Position numbers and translations under genes: made by a program
The notes under the pieces: generated by a model
Database searches by the model: none
What the model saw: only the letters and a program-made list of their open reading frames with translations
Told to the model about the DNA's origin: nothing
Part shown: positions 1-13,603 of the stretch, piece by piece
Layout of the letters: the number at the start of each line of letters is the position of its first letter
Position numbering within the stretch: position 1 is the first letter of the stretch
DNA from: Podarcis gaigeae
Taxonomy: Eukaryota
Assembly: GCA_964106915.2 (NCBI GenBank)
Contig: OZ066922.1
Length of the DNA stretch: 64,000 nt
Direction: 5' to 3' (one strand)

Positions 1-795
1 CGTTGCCCTGCCCAACTAACAATGAGCACATTTTAGAACAAGATTAAGACTACAGTTGGCAACACCAAATAGGTCAATTTGGCCTCTTGGCGCTAAAGGC
101 AGCTTGGCTGATTTCATATTTTCTTCTAAGCATGTGTCCAATTGGTAACTTTTTTATTTTGTACAATGTTGCTTATCTATTAAATGTACGAAACCAAAAA
201 TCCACAAGGAGATGCAATGCGTCTGTGCAAAAGTGACACTTAGCAGGTTTCATGCACAGCCGAGTGATATAGTACAAGAAGACTTCGTATCTGCTGAATT
301 TCTTGCCGTTTCATTCTTAAATACACAGGCGCACTCTCTCTTTTAGAAGTGAAAATACATTAAGCAATACAGGGAAAAGCATCAGGCCATAGAAAGACAG
401 ATACCTTTAATGGCACTGATCTCCTTATAGGCCAACATGACTGAATTCAAGCTTACCTTCTCCTGTTAGGAACAGGGGAGAGATTCAATTCAGGTCACAC
501 TTAAAAGGTACAATGACTTAATTTGCACCTTTCCAAAACAATATGAAAACTGAAACACAGCCATCCTGCAACATTTGCACGTCTCTGAATTTGTGATGCA
601 GTTATCCAACAATACAGGGTATAAAAGAATGCATTTATTAAATGAACACGTTAGTGAAAATAGAATACAAAAGTTCAAGGTAGGGAAATTGTTTGAAAAT
701 ACACATACGTTAGTTAAAACTGCATACAAAAACATGTTTCTTAGGAGAAATTCGCACTAAAATACCAATGCATTTTCGTGTGTGTATTTGTGTGT

Positions 796-822
<27 letters not shown>
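796..822. repeat. (CA)n microsatellite
   Basis: Pure dinucleotide run. Confidence 0.95.
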
Positions 823-828
<6 letters not shown>

Positions 829-3800
829 GCTGTAGAAATATGGAGAAATTTAAGATTGGAAAAATGGGAAACTGGGAGAAATGGAAACTGACAGATTCTC
901 CCTTCCCTGTGCAACAGCACAACTGCAAAATCATGTATTGAAAATATAGCAAATTTGGCTTTTATTTATGGCCATAGTATGGGGACGTTTTATTTTTCCT
1001 GTCAGATTGCAGATTAGATTCTATATAAGCAGGAAATTCAGTTAGTTCTCTCCAACTATTAAAAAGGTCAGTACAACGACAGCATTTTTTGTTGTTGTCA
1101 AATCCAAAATTCAGAACTACATGACACCAGAATATCTCAATTCCATATTCTCTCTCTCACGCCAAACACATATTAAACCAATGCGTTTTTAAAATATTGG
1201 TCCCATGCTAGCTGCAAACAGTTAATAGCATCTTATCTGTAGTCCTTGGATCACATTGACCACTTCTTCCTGCCTTTAATTTAGATCATGGAAACTAAAG
1301 AATACTAATTGTACTACATATGTATGTGTATTTGATGTACAGATTTAATTTTCCTCATTTGGCAGTATGTAATAGATGGGGAAGCTATTCTAGGGTTGCT
1401 TGATCATCTGTAAGAGCTCTGAAATTAAGCTTCTCCAGCTCGGATCTTTTAATTTGCTTTGTAAACCATATTGGAATAAATATGAGGGACAATGTGTAAC
1501 TGCTTTGAATTCTGCTCCTTCCCCTCCATCTCCAAATTCCCTCTCACCTGCTTATCTGGCTGCTGTTTCAGTGGAGGAAGGAAAGTCAGTCCTTTCTGCC
1601 TATGGCACCTCTAACACTGGGAAATATATTTTCCTCAGGGACACCAGCAAGATATGTGGAGAGAGAGGGGCAGAATTAGTTGGGGAGCTCACAGGCAAGT
1701 AAGGAATAGACTGCTTGCATTCCCCCATGCAGGTCATATAGGTGTGATCAGATTTGTCTTGTAATTGAGTTCAAGACAATAATAAGGGCTATTTCCTTTC
1801 TTTCTTTTACTATGGGAATCGCAACATTTGCCAAATCCAATTACAAATTAAATCGGGGCAGGTGAGTGAGTGAGTCTGCCAGTTGCTACTGTTGGATCTC
1901 CCCAAGCTAGATCTTCCAAGCTAGATCCAGAAGCTGGAAATATGCCCAAGTTTGGGGCTGGCGAGTGGAGAGAAATGGGTGGGAAAGGAAAGGCTACAGA
2001 GAACAATCAGGCGACAGGGGAAATATTACATAATCTCCCTCATACCCATCAATTCTCCCCTACAAAAGAGGAAATGTGCAGTCATGCCCTTATTTAAACC
2101 TAGCGCAACATAAATTTAACTAGACCAGATTTCTCCCATAGCATGTTTCACCTTGCCATAACCCCATACTGGGCTGATGTGGCTGACGCAGGGAGTCACC
2201 CCATGTGTCCTCCTTTATGATGACTGTGGGGGAACCTTTCCTCAGGACACCTCCTAATGCTTCTGGATGTGCACATCAGCACTAAATCAGCAAGGTATGA
2301 AGTCACTGTCTGCAGATTAAGAGAGTCTCATCTCTCCTTGGGCTAATGGCTATTCAGTCTCTCCATGTCACAAAGTAGGTCATCCTAGTTTGTAGAATGC
2401 CATTCTCCCACAAGCCCATTGCAATTTAATGTGAATGATCAGACAACACATGGACAGATTAGACAGAGACAGAATAAGAATTAATATTAATGCTCTAATT
2501 CCCCTTTAAGAGCATACCTCTCCATTTTGCCAAGAAAATGATAAAGGAAGCATTAACTTTTAGTATTTTTGGCTCGGCCGTGACCTAATACATACTCAAA
2601 CAAAGAATGAGGTGTACAGAATCAACTGCATCGGTTAAAAAAACACACAATAAAACCAAATGGTTTATTTGTAATACCTTCAAGCATAGGAACAGACTAA
2701 ACATAAAGGGATTAAGAATCTAGTGATTCTAATTCATTAATTTCAGACTGGTGTGCTCAGCATTTCTGAAGATCTAGACCTCAACTAGTTTTGACAGCTT
2801 TGTTCCTTTCCAAGCAGAAAGGTACTTGTAGACTGCTAAGCAGACACAGTTTTTGAACACTATCCATGATTAATTGGAACAGCATTCCAACACAAATAGG
2901 ATAAAGAGGGAGTTACACTTTTTAAAAGTAGCTGTCAGCTCTTCTCCAGGAAGCTTTGGGTAGTCACAATGGTGTCGACATGTCAAGTGTGCACACCTTG
3001 GGCTGGGAGTTTGGTTATACTGGAGCCAACTGACAATACAATACAAAAAAAAAAAAAAATCCCACCAGAGCTAATTAATGCTCTTATAAAATCTCTCTCT
3101 CCCTTCTTGTCAACTCCCAAAGAAGAAGGTAGCTGAAAAAACATCAACGCTCATGGTAAATTGATTATGTTTATTCTCCAACTGGATTCACACACCCTCA
3201 ATATTGCAGGCCTGTTTCTATGAGAAAAAGCAGCTTGAATGGTGGAAGCAGGCTTGCATTTTATTTTAAGAGCCACCTTGAGAAGACTTTTGCCCTTCAG
3301 TTGACCTAGATGTATTTTAAATAAAATAAAAATCTATAAAATATTTATTTTAAAGTGAAATGATTTTTTTTTTTAAAAAAGAACATTTGCAACCCATCTG
3401 GCAGCTCTTTTTTGTTCTATGGATCTGTGAAGGCAAGTAGAGATTAAAAGGTGCCAGCTGAGTTATCAACACAGGAAGCACCGGAAGGTCAAACAATGTA
3501 GGAACTATTGTATCTAACGGCATAATCTAGAAGCCTCTCTCTTGTAAAGCAGTTCTTGGTTGCAGGCACAAACTCTGCATATGAAAGCTTTGGTTTTACA
3601 GCAGTGCCAAGAAACAATTGCATGCAAAGGTTTCTGAATATAAAAAAGAGAGATGTTGATCATTCTTTTTCCACATGCTACATCTTCTGTTACATATTAT
3701 GTGTGAAGCCCTCTTTTTTACCACGACAGGCTAACCCTTTTCTTCAAATGCATTAGCACACTCTAATCCACAGACAGGATATTATAGCCTGAGACCATTT

Positions 3801-6236
3801 TGTGCGGGGGTTTCATTCCTGGTCCCAATGTGCGTCCGCAGAGTGCACATAACCTCCCTGCTCACCCCCCGTTCTGCCCTCTTCTGGGTCCAAAAGGACC
3901 CATGCATCAGTGGTTGCACACCAATTGGATGCTTGCAAAATGGTTACTGCCTATACAGAAAAGCTGAGTTCTGCTAAATCCGGAGTAGGTGGTCTAATTT
4001 GGGAGAGTACATTACATTTGACTTTACTATATAACTGATTTTTAGAATGCAAAATGCATGTCATAGAATACTGCTGATGTATAAATCATAATTAAATGAC
4101 ATGCCCTTATACTAATTAGAAAGGGGTTTACAACTTGAGCCTCAACAAAATCATTTGAATAATTTCCACCTCTACCATTTGCTATGTACTTAAATGATCA
4201 AAACCTCTAATGGAAACTTGCCATGTGTCAATGGAGGAGCACAGACAAAACAACATAATCTAAATACCAATGCTCAACCATGACACATACAATCTTTTTC
4301 ATTTAATCACGCTCTCATATGTTCACCTAAATGTGAATTACAGATTGAACAGGACCATGTACTACAAGCTTATCAGCAAAAAGATAAATGGTGACAGATA
4401 CTAGATGTCATATAGATTAGCCACATTACAATGCTAACACCTGGGCGTAAAAACACATTTAAACCAAAATCACATTTACTTGCAAGTACAATGCAAAAAG
4501 GTTTCAAGTTTTGAAATGAGAGGCAAATCTAGTTGTCTGTAGAATTTGGTTAAGGTGCATAACCAGATAAGTTCTTCAAAAGTCTTGCAGCAAATATTAA
4601 GATGTATCCTGAACTGTGTCCTATTTCATTCTTTTCACAGCAAAGTATAAAACTCTTAGCTCATGGGTCAGCAGTTACATTTTTCAGGTTTCCCCATTTG
4701 GCATCCCCTAAATATGGCCTGCCAACGATCCTGTTTGCCAAAGACTCCTCCTCATTGACTCTACCATTCCTGCAACTGTTCACCTCTACTGCACTGAACC
4801 TAAACATCACCTCTTTTTTCAAGTTTTTTTTTTTGTTTTCTGGATTTTGCGTTGGTAATCCTATTACTTAAGTATCTCACTGGCATGTTTGAACTGGAAC
4901 ATGTCCTCTTCTGAACCTCAGTATAAGACAAGAAACGCAGAATAATTTGTAACTAAGTCTGAGCACAGTAGTGCCTTCCAGTGTGTACCTGAGTCTGGTG
5001 CTCAAAATCCAGCTCATAAAGAGAGATGGTGATGTCATTCCACAAGAACTATGTCTTAACCTCACAAATAACCACAAAAAGTATTGTGTCTGATTTTCAG
5101 AGACAAGAAGAAATTAAATTAGGATTTTTTTTAAAAAAAATGGACAAAAAGAATACTTTTGACTTAAGTGAAGACTGTACCTTAAGCTGTTAGCATGACC
5201 AATGTTTAAGAATATCCCATTTATATCCAGTTAAATGTTAGCTTGGGTGCTTTCTCTCTTTTCACACTAAGCGGGAACAAATATAAATTTCATATGTCTA
5301 TCAGTAGTTTTCCCCAAGTTGCAACACCACACCAGCTTTTATCATTACTATTTCAGGTAAAATTTCCCAGAACCCTTTCATTTATTTATAGCTGATCAAA
5401 ATCACAAAAATAAAGCCAGCCTAGCACATTAACGGGAAAAGAAATAGGAGCTGTAGAAACAGCAGAACTTTAAGTAAACGATTGCTCAGTCTTTCTTAGT
5501 ATAGGATGTATACCCAAATGCACATGGGTATGGCAGGACAGACCATGATGTGGAGGAAACTGGGCATTGAATGGGGGCCATTATCTCACACATGTATGAA
5601 AGCAAGTACAAGACTCAATGGCAGTAGGGCCTGCCTGCATCAACACTCGGCATCCTAGACCAACCACTGTGCTCAAAGGTTCTAGGGAGGGCCCAGTAGC
5701 CCTGATACCTGCTCTGGAACCCTCCCAACCCACAAGAGCTTAGGGCTGGGTCCCATAATGCCCTGTAATGGACTACACTGAGCACTATTGGACAGTGGGC
5801 TGCTGCCATCTTCACTGCCCAGTATCCTTGACAGGGGCACCAATGTAACAGGGGGTGAAACTGTTTTGCCCAGAGTCCCCTCAAACCTGGAGCTGTCTTC
5901 GTCTGGTAGCAGGTTTCCACTTCGAGCACATGTAGTTAAATAACACTTGATCCATTTCTACTGTAGCGTTCTTCCAAGGAGCTCATGAAAGTGTAAATGG
6001 AACCCCATGCAGAACTTTGTGAGTTAAGAGATACTGAATAGTAGCTGAATGAAGAACTGAACCAAAGTTTCCCCTAATCCTAGTCCCATCACACTAGATG
6101 CTATCCTATATTAACACACATTGGTTTTTTACACATGCATCCATCCATGTCTGTTGCTCAATGGTTCTAGGATTCTATATATGCCATTTAATTGGTTCCT
6201 AAAGTGAAAAATAAATATAAACACAGAATTACTCAC

Positions 6237-6570
6237 AGCTTTGGCTTAGCAAGGACTGGAGGTGGTGTTTTTGTAGGTGAAAGCAGGCCACCAGGATGAG
6301 AAGATATATTGTTTTGGGTGTCACCGTTAACTACCCCATTGACTCTACGGCTGGGATGGACACCATTGGTTTTCTTCTCTGCAGAGTTGAGCTGTAATTG
6401 AAAAGCTGCTACACTGGATCTGGCATTGTTCATCTGGTGGCTCTCCAAGTGTTTTGGAGGAAGCTCAATAGAACTGATCTCAAGGTTTGTAGGTGGGGGT
6501 GGGAAGTGGTGGAAGTCATCGTCGTTCTGTTCTCTCATTGGCAAGTCACGGCTGGAGATTTCAGAACTGG
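6237..6570 (-). CDS. PALLD: Palladin coding exon (exon 10 equivalent), FPPPP proline-rich region
   Basis: ttttag|CC AGT TCT...AAG CT|gtgagt, 334 nt. Contains DDFHHFPPPP, NGVHPSRRVNG and LLSPTKTPPPVLAKPKL, which match palladin rather than myopalladin. Confidence 0.96.
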
Positions 6571-7990
6571 CTAAAATAGGAGGAGGAAAAAGGTAACAAT
6601 ATAGATGGGAGATTGTAACTACAACAGATAGTTTCAATTACTCTCACAAATACAGTATTAGTTCATTGAAGGTGATGTCAGCATCTCAGTTATAGCAGCT
6701 ATGCCAAAAGGCATATGCCTTTCTCAAGTTCTCATGCACATTTGAGCTGATGTAATCATCTTAATGAATATTTATTCACTGCTGTTTGTCCATGATGTAG
6801 GTCGAGCTAGTTGCCAGTTAAGAACAGTAATTGATTTATGAATGCTCAGCACTGGCTGAGTGAGCCAGTTTGATGGATCAGTTGTGTTAGCACTCACCAC
6901 AGATATTCCACATCACTGTGCATGAGAACCGCCAACTTTTTCTGAGGCTTTTGTATGCATTTCTGTTTTGCATTTCACACTGACAGAAGGGCTGCATTTT
7001 CGCCTGTTGTAGAAACTCAACTTTTTCCATTTTGCCTCTGCTGCCACCTAGCCTCAGAAGCTTGGTGTTAAAATCTGCCAGATCTACTTAAAACTTCCCC
7101 CCTAAGTGTAAGACAAAGGGTGTTTGTTATTCAGCTAAGATTTACTCATCGAGTAGACCCATTTAAATGAATGAACATGGCTACATTAGGGCCATTAATT
7201 TCAATGGTGTGCTTTGATTAAAACTTAGTCGAATGGTACCCCAAATAGTAAATTATTGAAAATATTTATTAATACAATTACTGTGATTTTAATAAAATAA
7301 AACATGAATAATTATTTTGCATTTAACTGGATGCAGTCAATGGTTCACAATACATGCTTTCAATGGGCTATCAGTCAAATTCGTCATCTAACTGAATGGA
7401 AGAGTTTTTGGGACGGTTGCTGTAATATTTCCTAAAAGCGCCTTAAGGTTTTCTTCTGGGTGTTTCATATATCATTTAAAAAGACATGAGATAAACTCTG
7501 ACTCTGCCCTTTTTATCCTTAGATTTTAAAGCCCCTTTCTTTGTGCTTGCAAGTGCATAACACCAGGAGAGTCTGGTTCACACAATTAGTGAACTGATTG
7601 AAACAGAGATCAAATAGCTGCTCACAATTCTCTGGGGGAGGAGAGGCAACACAGTTTCAGTTGTGCACATTTGATGGTACTTGACCTTCAAAATTAGCAG
7701 CTGCATTTCTGGAGGCTGAGAGAGATCCATATGGCCCCTTTTCCTATTTCCTAAATGCCTTTGAAGATTATGTAGAAGCCTCTTCACCATGTCAACATTA
7801 CATACTCTTCCTACCCAGACGCAGAGTAATCAAGTCAGTGCTACAGGATGTGGGAAGATCATCAGAGACTAAACATGAGATGCACCCAGAAGGGGGAAGG
7901 GACTGTCTCACTACACTGCTGCAGCTGTGTCCAAGAGTGGCCAGAAAAACATCACTGACTTTCACATACACATTAAACACTGCTGAATAC

Positions 7991-8110
7991 CTGACAGCAC
8001 GGTCAGCTCTGCACTGCTTGTGACTGATCCATAGTCATTTCTTGCTGTACAAGTGAAGGTTCCTGCATCCTCAGGAAAGATCTCTGCGATTACAAGAGTA
8101 CATATCTCCT
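7991..8110 (-). CDS. PALLD: Palladin coding exon (exon 9 equivalent), C-terminal half of Ig domain 2
   Basis: tttag|AG GAG ATA...TCA G|gtattc, 120 nt. Translates EEICTLVIAEIFPEDAGTFTCTARNDYGSVTSSAELTVLS. Confidence 0.97.
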
Positions 8111-8984
8111 CTAAAGAAAAGAAAAAAGGGATGGAGGGGAGATAAAAGAAACCAACAGATGAGTGAGCACACAAGATATACTGGAACTGCTATGGGTCCG
8201 AATACGAGATTTGAGTGTGAAATAATGTTGTGTGTTAAACAAGAAGCACAATAGCCAAAAGCAGTGCCCGAGGGGGAAGTGAGGAACCAGAAGAGTAACG
8301 CACACAAACACCCATGTTGTTGGATCCCTGTGGTTACTTTCACATAAAAATCACAATGAAATCAAAAACAGGAAATTAAAATGAGGCTGTAATCCAAAAG
8401 AATGCTTACTGGAGAAAACCAAGAGCACTATGGTTAGGAAGGGATATTGGCATTTATTGGAAAGGGGCACCTCAGTCGTATCGCACTACATAGCAGCCTT
8501 GCTGCAGTGCAACTTACTTCAGGTAAAATATGTTAAAGATGAGAGTTTTAATAAGAAATAAACTATTATTTCTCCCTCAGAAAATCTAGCAAGTGGGACA
8601 AAGCTTGACTTTCCCCAAATGTAATTTGACCCTTCTGCATCCACCTCAAGATTTTCTTAACCGTATGCATTTCTTCTGACCACCTTAAATACATCCCAAA
8701 CTACTGATAACTCAATTGACATCAGTTTCATCAATCCACCTTCCTAGATTATTAAACGTTACACACACACACCCTTCCTAATTATTAAACATGTTTCAAA
8801 GCTGGCTTATAAGAATCAAGATCCCCCCCCCCGATAAAATTTAAACAGCAGCAATTTCAGTAAACTTCACCAGACTCATAATATAAAAAGACCTTATCCT
8901 GGTGCCTAGCAAACCCCAGTAAATCTGGCTGCCAAGTAAACAATGCTCTCCCTGGGATAGCATTCTAGGGTCAATGTGCCATTA

Positions 8985-9189
8985 CAGTGGTTGTGAACAG
9001 GATCCATTCCAGAGGCCCGTTTGCAACATGAAAAGAGCGCAACCTGCAGTGGCGTGTCTGCGCACGCGCTGCTTCTGCGCATGCGAGAGCAGCGAAACCT
9101 AGAAGTAACCCTTTCCGGTACTTCCGGGCACCGCGGGATGTAACCTGAAAGAACGTAACATGAAGCAGACGTAACACGAGGTAGGACTG
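8985..9189. mobile_element. Tigger-like MITE with a damaged left TIR
   Basis: TA-CAGT...ACTG-TA ends, subterminal GTAACA/GTAACC repeats, CpG-rich GCGCATGCG core like 34849-35067. Confidence 0.7.
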
Positions 9190-11240
9190 TATAGAAAGAC
9201 TTTCCCCTGCCTAACCTCTGACAAAAAAGGCTCAATCACAACAAGCGGGCAGCTTCAGGATGAAGCAGGAAATCGATTAGCATTGTTACACCAAGATTTT
9301 GTCCTCTGCTTTTTATTGTAGCTCTTTTTATGTCACTATTGTCATTATTAAAATCTACTAAGTAACGAAAGATTGAGTAGATCCAGACACCATCACACTG
9401 ACTCTTATATGAGCCAGACAAGAAAAAGCCAAAGTAAGCCTCAGTGTCACTGGCTTGGCTCCAAGGACGAGTTCAGAAATTTTCACTTTCATTTCTGATT
9501 AGCTACACACAGCTTGCCATGTCATCCAAACTAGGCAAAGTGTGGGTAATCTTAACTATGGATTGTTTTCAAAACAAGCCAACTTGGTCATTTCCCTTAT
9601 TCTTTTAAAAAAAACAACCCAAACACAATAAAACAACAACAACTGGTGAGTGTTTTTCGTCTTAGTAACTGCACACTCTGAGCAATCCTGGTCGGTTCTT
9701 AGTCTAGCTACGCTAGCAGAATACACAGGTAGCCCAAATGTCCTTAAGATTGAATTAATTCAAAAGGTTTTGTTGTTAACATTTTAAAGGCTACACTCCT
9801 AGGTGCACTTACATGGGAGTAAGCCATATTCAGCTCAAAAGGACTTACTTCCAAATAAACATGGATAGGTTTGTGCTGTGATACATTCATATCTGTCTCA
9901 TTGAAAGAATACAGAAACTTGGGACGACCTTTTCTGTTTCGAGCCTCACTGTATCCATGTTTGTAGGAAAGTAATGCAGCCATGCAGAACGCACCATGAT
10001 TGTCTTTCTCTTAGAGTTAAATTATTATACCCAGGAAGCAATTCTTCAAGTTGAAGTGAGTGGCAGCTGATTGGTGTCTCAATTAAGTTGAACTGTTTTT
10101 CCTTAAAAAAAAATTATCATGTATTATCATATATCCAAAGACTTCCTGTGCTGGAGACAGTCTGAAAATGAAGTACTGATTTAAAAAATGTCCAGTATAC
10201 AATTCCATCCCCTTGCCAGACAGAAGAACAACTAGTTGGCAGCACAGAGCAGTCTGTGGAATATGACATAAAATTTTGTGGTCTAGAATTACTTACCAGA
10301 ACACATCAGTTTTAATCTGATCTAGATTATGACTAATGAAAGATCACATCAGACAATTAATAGGCAAGACAGTTATTTTCGACCAGGCAGACTTTTTACC
10401 CCAGCAGTTTCAGACAATGGGTTCTTTTTATGTAATGCTATTCTGTTATGTTAACTACATGTGAAAGTTATACATTTTACAGGAATGTAAGTGCTAAAAA
10501 GTAGAATAATTCAGTAAAATATTGAGAAAATTGATGAAGTCAGCAGGCTCTCCAAGAATAAGAATGCACAAAGGGTTCAAGAACTGCTACTTTTCTTCAG
10601 CAACAACCAGTGCAAATGATGCTTGCTCGTTATTTGTGCACTAATTACAGACAAAGTTGTCACTTATTTTAAATTCTAGATTTAAATTTCAACCAACTTG
10701 AGCCTGAAAGTTCATAGCAGGAAATAATATGGAAGATAACCTATATGAAGAATCCAATAAAATCAAAACAAAATAAAAGTATAGCTGGCACTGGAAGTTT
10801 CAATCTGCACCAGCTTGTTCTCAAATAGCAGCAGATCATGCAAATAAAAAAATATTGCCCTATAATTATATTTGCTGGTGCTTTTCCAGCAAAAGGTCTT
10901 CTTTTTGGGTTGGATGGCAGCCACTGAATCTCTCTTCTACTTTCATAACCACCCTAACCTGTCAAGGAAGAAGAATCACATGCAAGTCCATGGGTCAGGT
11001 TGGAACAACAACCTTCTTGATAATCACTTTACTTCTAAACTACTTCATTTTTCCTCATTTTTCTTTTTTAGTTCTTAATTGTATTTAGACTTTTTTTTGG
11101 CATTTCCCCTCCCTGTAGCTATGAATGTCACAAAAGTCTAAAAGTTATCTTTTTTCCACAGGTATTTTAATTATTTGTTTCATTTTTATTATATTACACA
11201 ATTGTTTAAATAGTATTATCCTATAAGCAGTTAATCACTA

Positions 11241-12165
11241 CAATAGTACAGTGGTGCCCCGCAAGACGAATGCCTCGGAAGACGAAAAACCCGCAAGACG
11301 AAAGGGTTTTCCGTTTGCGAGTTGCTTCGCAAGATGAATTTCCCTATGGGCTTGCTTCGCAAGAAGAAAGCCCATAGGGAAATCTCTGGGGACCTCTTTT
11401 AAATGCTGGCGGTGGGGAGCAAAGCCTCCCCCCCTCCGGCCTTCAGAAGAGGTCCAGGAAGGCCGGCGGGGGCCGAAAGGCTTTGCTCCCCACCGCCAGC
11501 ATTTTAAAAGCGGTCCGGGATAGCAGGGAAGCGCTTCCCGCTATCCCGGACGGCTTTTGAAGGCAGGCGGGGGGGGGGGGAAGTCTTTGCTCCCCCCTGC
11601 CTGCCTTCCCGGGAGAGCGGAGAAACGCAGCGCATTTCAGATCGCTGTCCAGGGCGATCTTAAAATGCTGGTGGGCGGCAGCGCTACCGCCCGCCAGCAT
11701 TTTAAAAAACTCTGGGACAGCGGAGAAGTTCTCCGCTGTCCCGGGGTTTTTTAAAATGCTGGGGGTGGGAAGAAAAGCCCTTGTCCCCCCCCAGCCTTCA
11801 GAAGAGGTCGGGGGACAAACTGTCCCCGGACCTGGTCAGAAGGCGGTTTCCATAGGAACGCATTGATTGATTTTCAATGCATTCCTATGGGAAACCATGC
11901 TTCGGCAAGACGAAAAACTCGCAAGACGAAAAAACTTGCGGAATGAATTAATTTCGTCTTGCGAGGCACCACTGTACCTCAAGTTACAAACACCTTGGGT
12001 TACAAACACTTCGAGTTACAGACTCTGCTAACCTGAAAGTAGTACCTCGGGGGTTAAGAACTTTACCTCAGGATGAGAACAGAAATTGCGCGCTGGCAGC
12101 GCGCGGCCCCATTAGCTAAAGTGGTACCTCAGGTTAAGAACAGTTTCAGGTTAAGAATGGACAAC
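11241..12165. mobile_element. Older Tigger-like MITE interrupted by the 11249-11974 element; right end missing
   Basis: Removing the inner element restores ta-CAATAGTACCTCAAGTTACA, a decayed CAGTGGTACCTCGGGTTACA TIR. 11977-12160 aligns to the reverse complement of 57202-57416. Confidence 0.8.
11249..11974. mobile_element. Non-autonomous Tc1/mariner-superfamily (Tigger/pogo-like) element, 726 bp
   Basis: TIRs CAGTGGTGCCYCGCAAGACGAA, TA on both sides, subterminal CGCAAGACGAA repeats, CpG-rich interior suggesting a young insertion. Confidence 0.9.
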
Positions 12166-13556
12166 CTTTTCTGGCCTGCACATTTAATATTAATACTTGC
12201 GGGGCGGGGGGAGCACTGCAGCGAGATAGACAGACAGACTAGTTCGAAACAAAAACACTATCATTTTCTCATCACCCTCCATGATGAACTGAAGGGCAAC
12301 TGTCTGAAGCAGAGAGGCTTCTTACTTGTGGAGAGGCTCCCTAAATAATTTTAGAGTCCTAATTTTTCAGGATTCTAAAATGTGTGCAGTTCCGATGGTC
12401 TCCCTTCATCTTGTGAAAAGCAATGACGACAACAGCATACGGGGCTAAGTTCACTCATATCCACAAACACCCCCCTCACGTTTTCACTTAACACGGCATT
12501 ATAAGGTCTGAATACAGCATCATTCTGTTTATTGCAACAAACATTCTGCAACATGTAGACCTCTCCTTGAAAGAAAGGGCCAGCTAGTTCAGCACAAAAC
12601 ACTGCATTTCCCAGGCTCCCCTTTAACCGAAATCCAAAGCCAAAACTGCTAGGCAAGAGCATCAAATACTCATTACTATTCCGAAGCTCTTGAAGGCCTA
12701 AATAGGTACTAGACTGCTTGCTTTCAAGGTTGCAGCCCTGCACACACTTAGCAGTCAATCCCACTAAACTCAGTTGGGACTTATAGAACTACAGATGTAT
12801 AGAACTGGGCTGTAAATGTAGCCCTATGCCAGCATTGCAATTCCAGTACAAATAAATCACATGTGGGTGGGGGGTATGAGCACCGTAGCTTTGTCCCCCC
12901 CCCCAAAAAACCCCCCACCCTCAGTCACCTTCCATGAGTTGGCTGTGGGGAGCATTTTGTATCTGTGGAGGGTTCATACACAATTTTGAAACATTCATGG
13001 GGGGCATATTTGGAGTGCGGCTTGCCAGTGCCCCACCTCATGAGATTACTTTTACTATAATTGTTAATATCTGCATAGGATTTCAGTTATACCAAAAACG
13101 AGACACTGCAGCTTTGATTTTTAACTGTGATCTTTGTCTCCTCTTTTCCTTTGTCAAGTTCTAAGAAGCAGACATTTTCATTAAGCTATTTTAACATAAT
13201 TAAGTTGTCACTACCAGAGATTCAAAGCAACAATAAAGACATTAGAGCAAGACAGCATAACATGCCCACAGCAATGATACTATACACTGATATAGAAAAG
13301 TTATTTAACTGAAACAAATCAGACTTGTTTTCCACAATTCAACCATGGTCCTGTCTGTAGTAAAACAAGTTCCAGGTTTTAAATGACCATGAATTCAACA
13401 GTGACACAGTAGATCTGAAAAGTATGTTAGTAAAGAAAAACGTTTTGAGGCAGCATTTTTTGTCTTTTTCAAGACTCCTGTTAGAAACCTGAGACAACTC
13501 AGTTTCCACAGCGAAGTCCCAAGTAAAACAATAGATGCTATCAGATCACAGTTGTG

Positions 13557-13557
<1 letters not shown>

Positions 13558-13601
<44 letters not shown>
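13558..13601. repeat. (CA)n microsatellite
   Basis: Pure dinucleotide run. Confidence 0.95.

Positions 13602-13603
<2 letters not shown>

Noticed and set aside
2400-5400. AT-rich stretch resembling a minus-strand 3' UTR of an alternative last exon
   Set aside because: AATAAA motifs are frequent by chance here and I could not identify a supported acceptor and coding segment.
11260-11370. Regularly spaced CGCAAGACGAA repeats resembling a CRISPR array
   Set aside because: Repeats are only 11 bp with short irregular spacers, lie inside a TIR-bounded transposon, and there are no cas genes; the DNA is eukaryotic.
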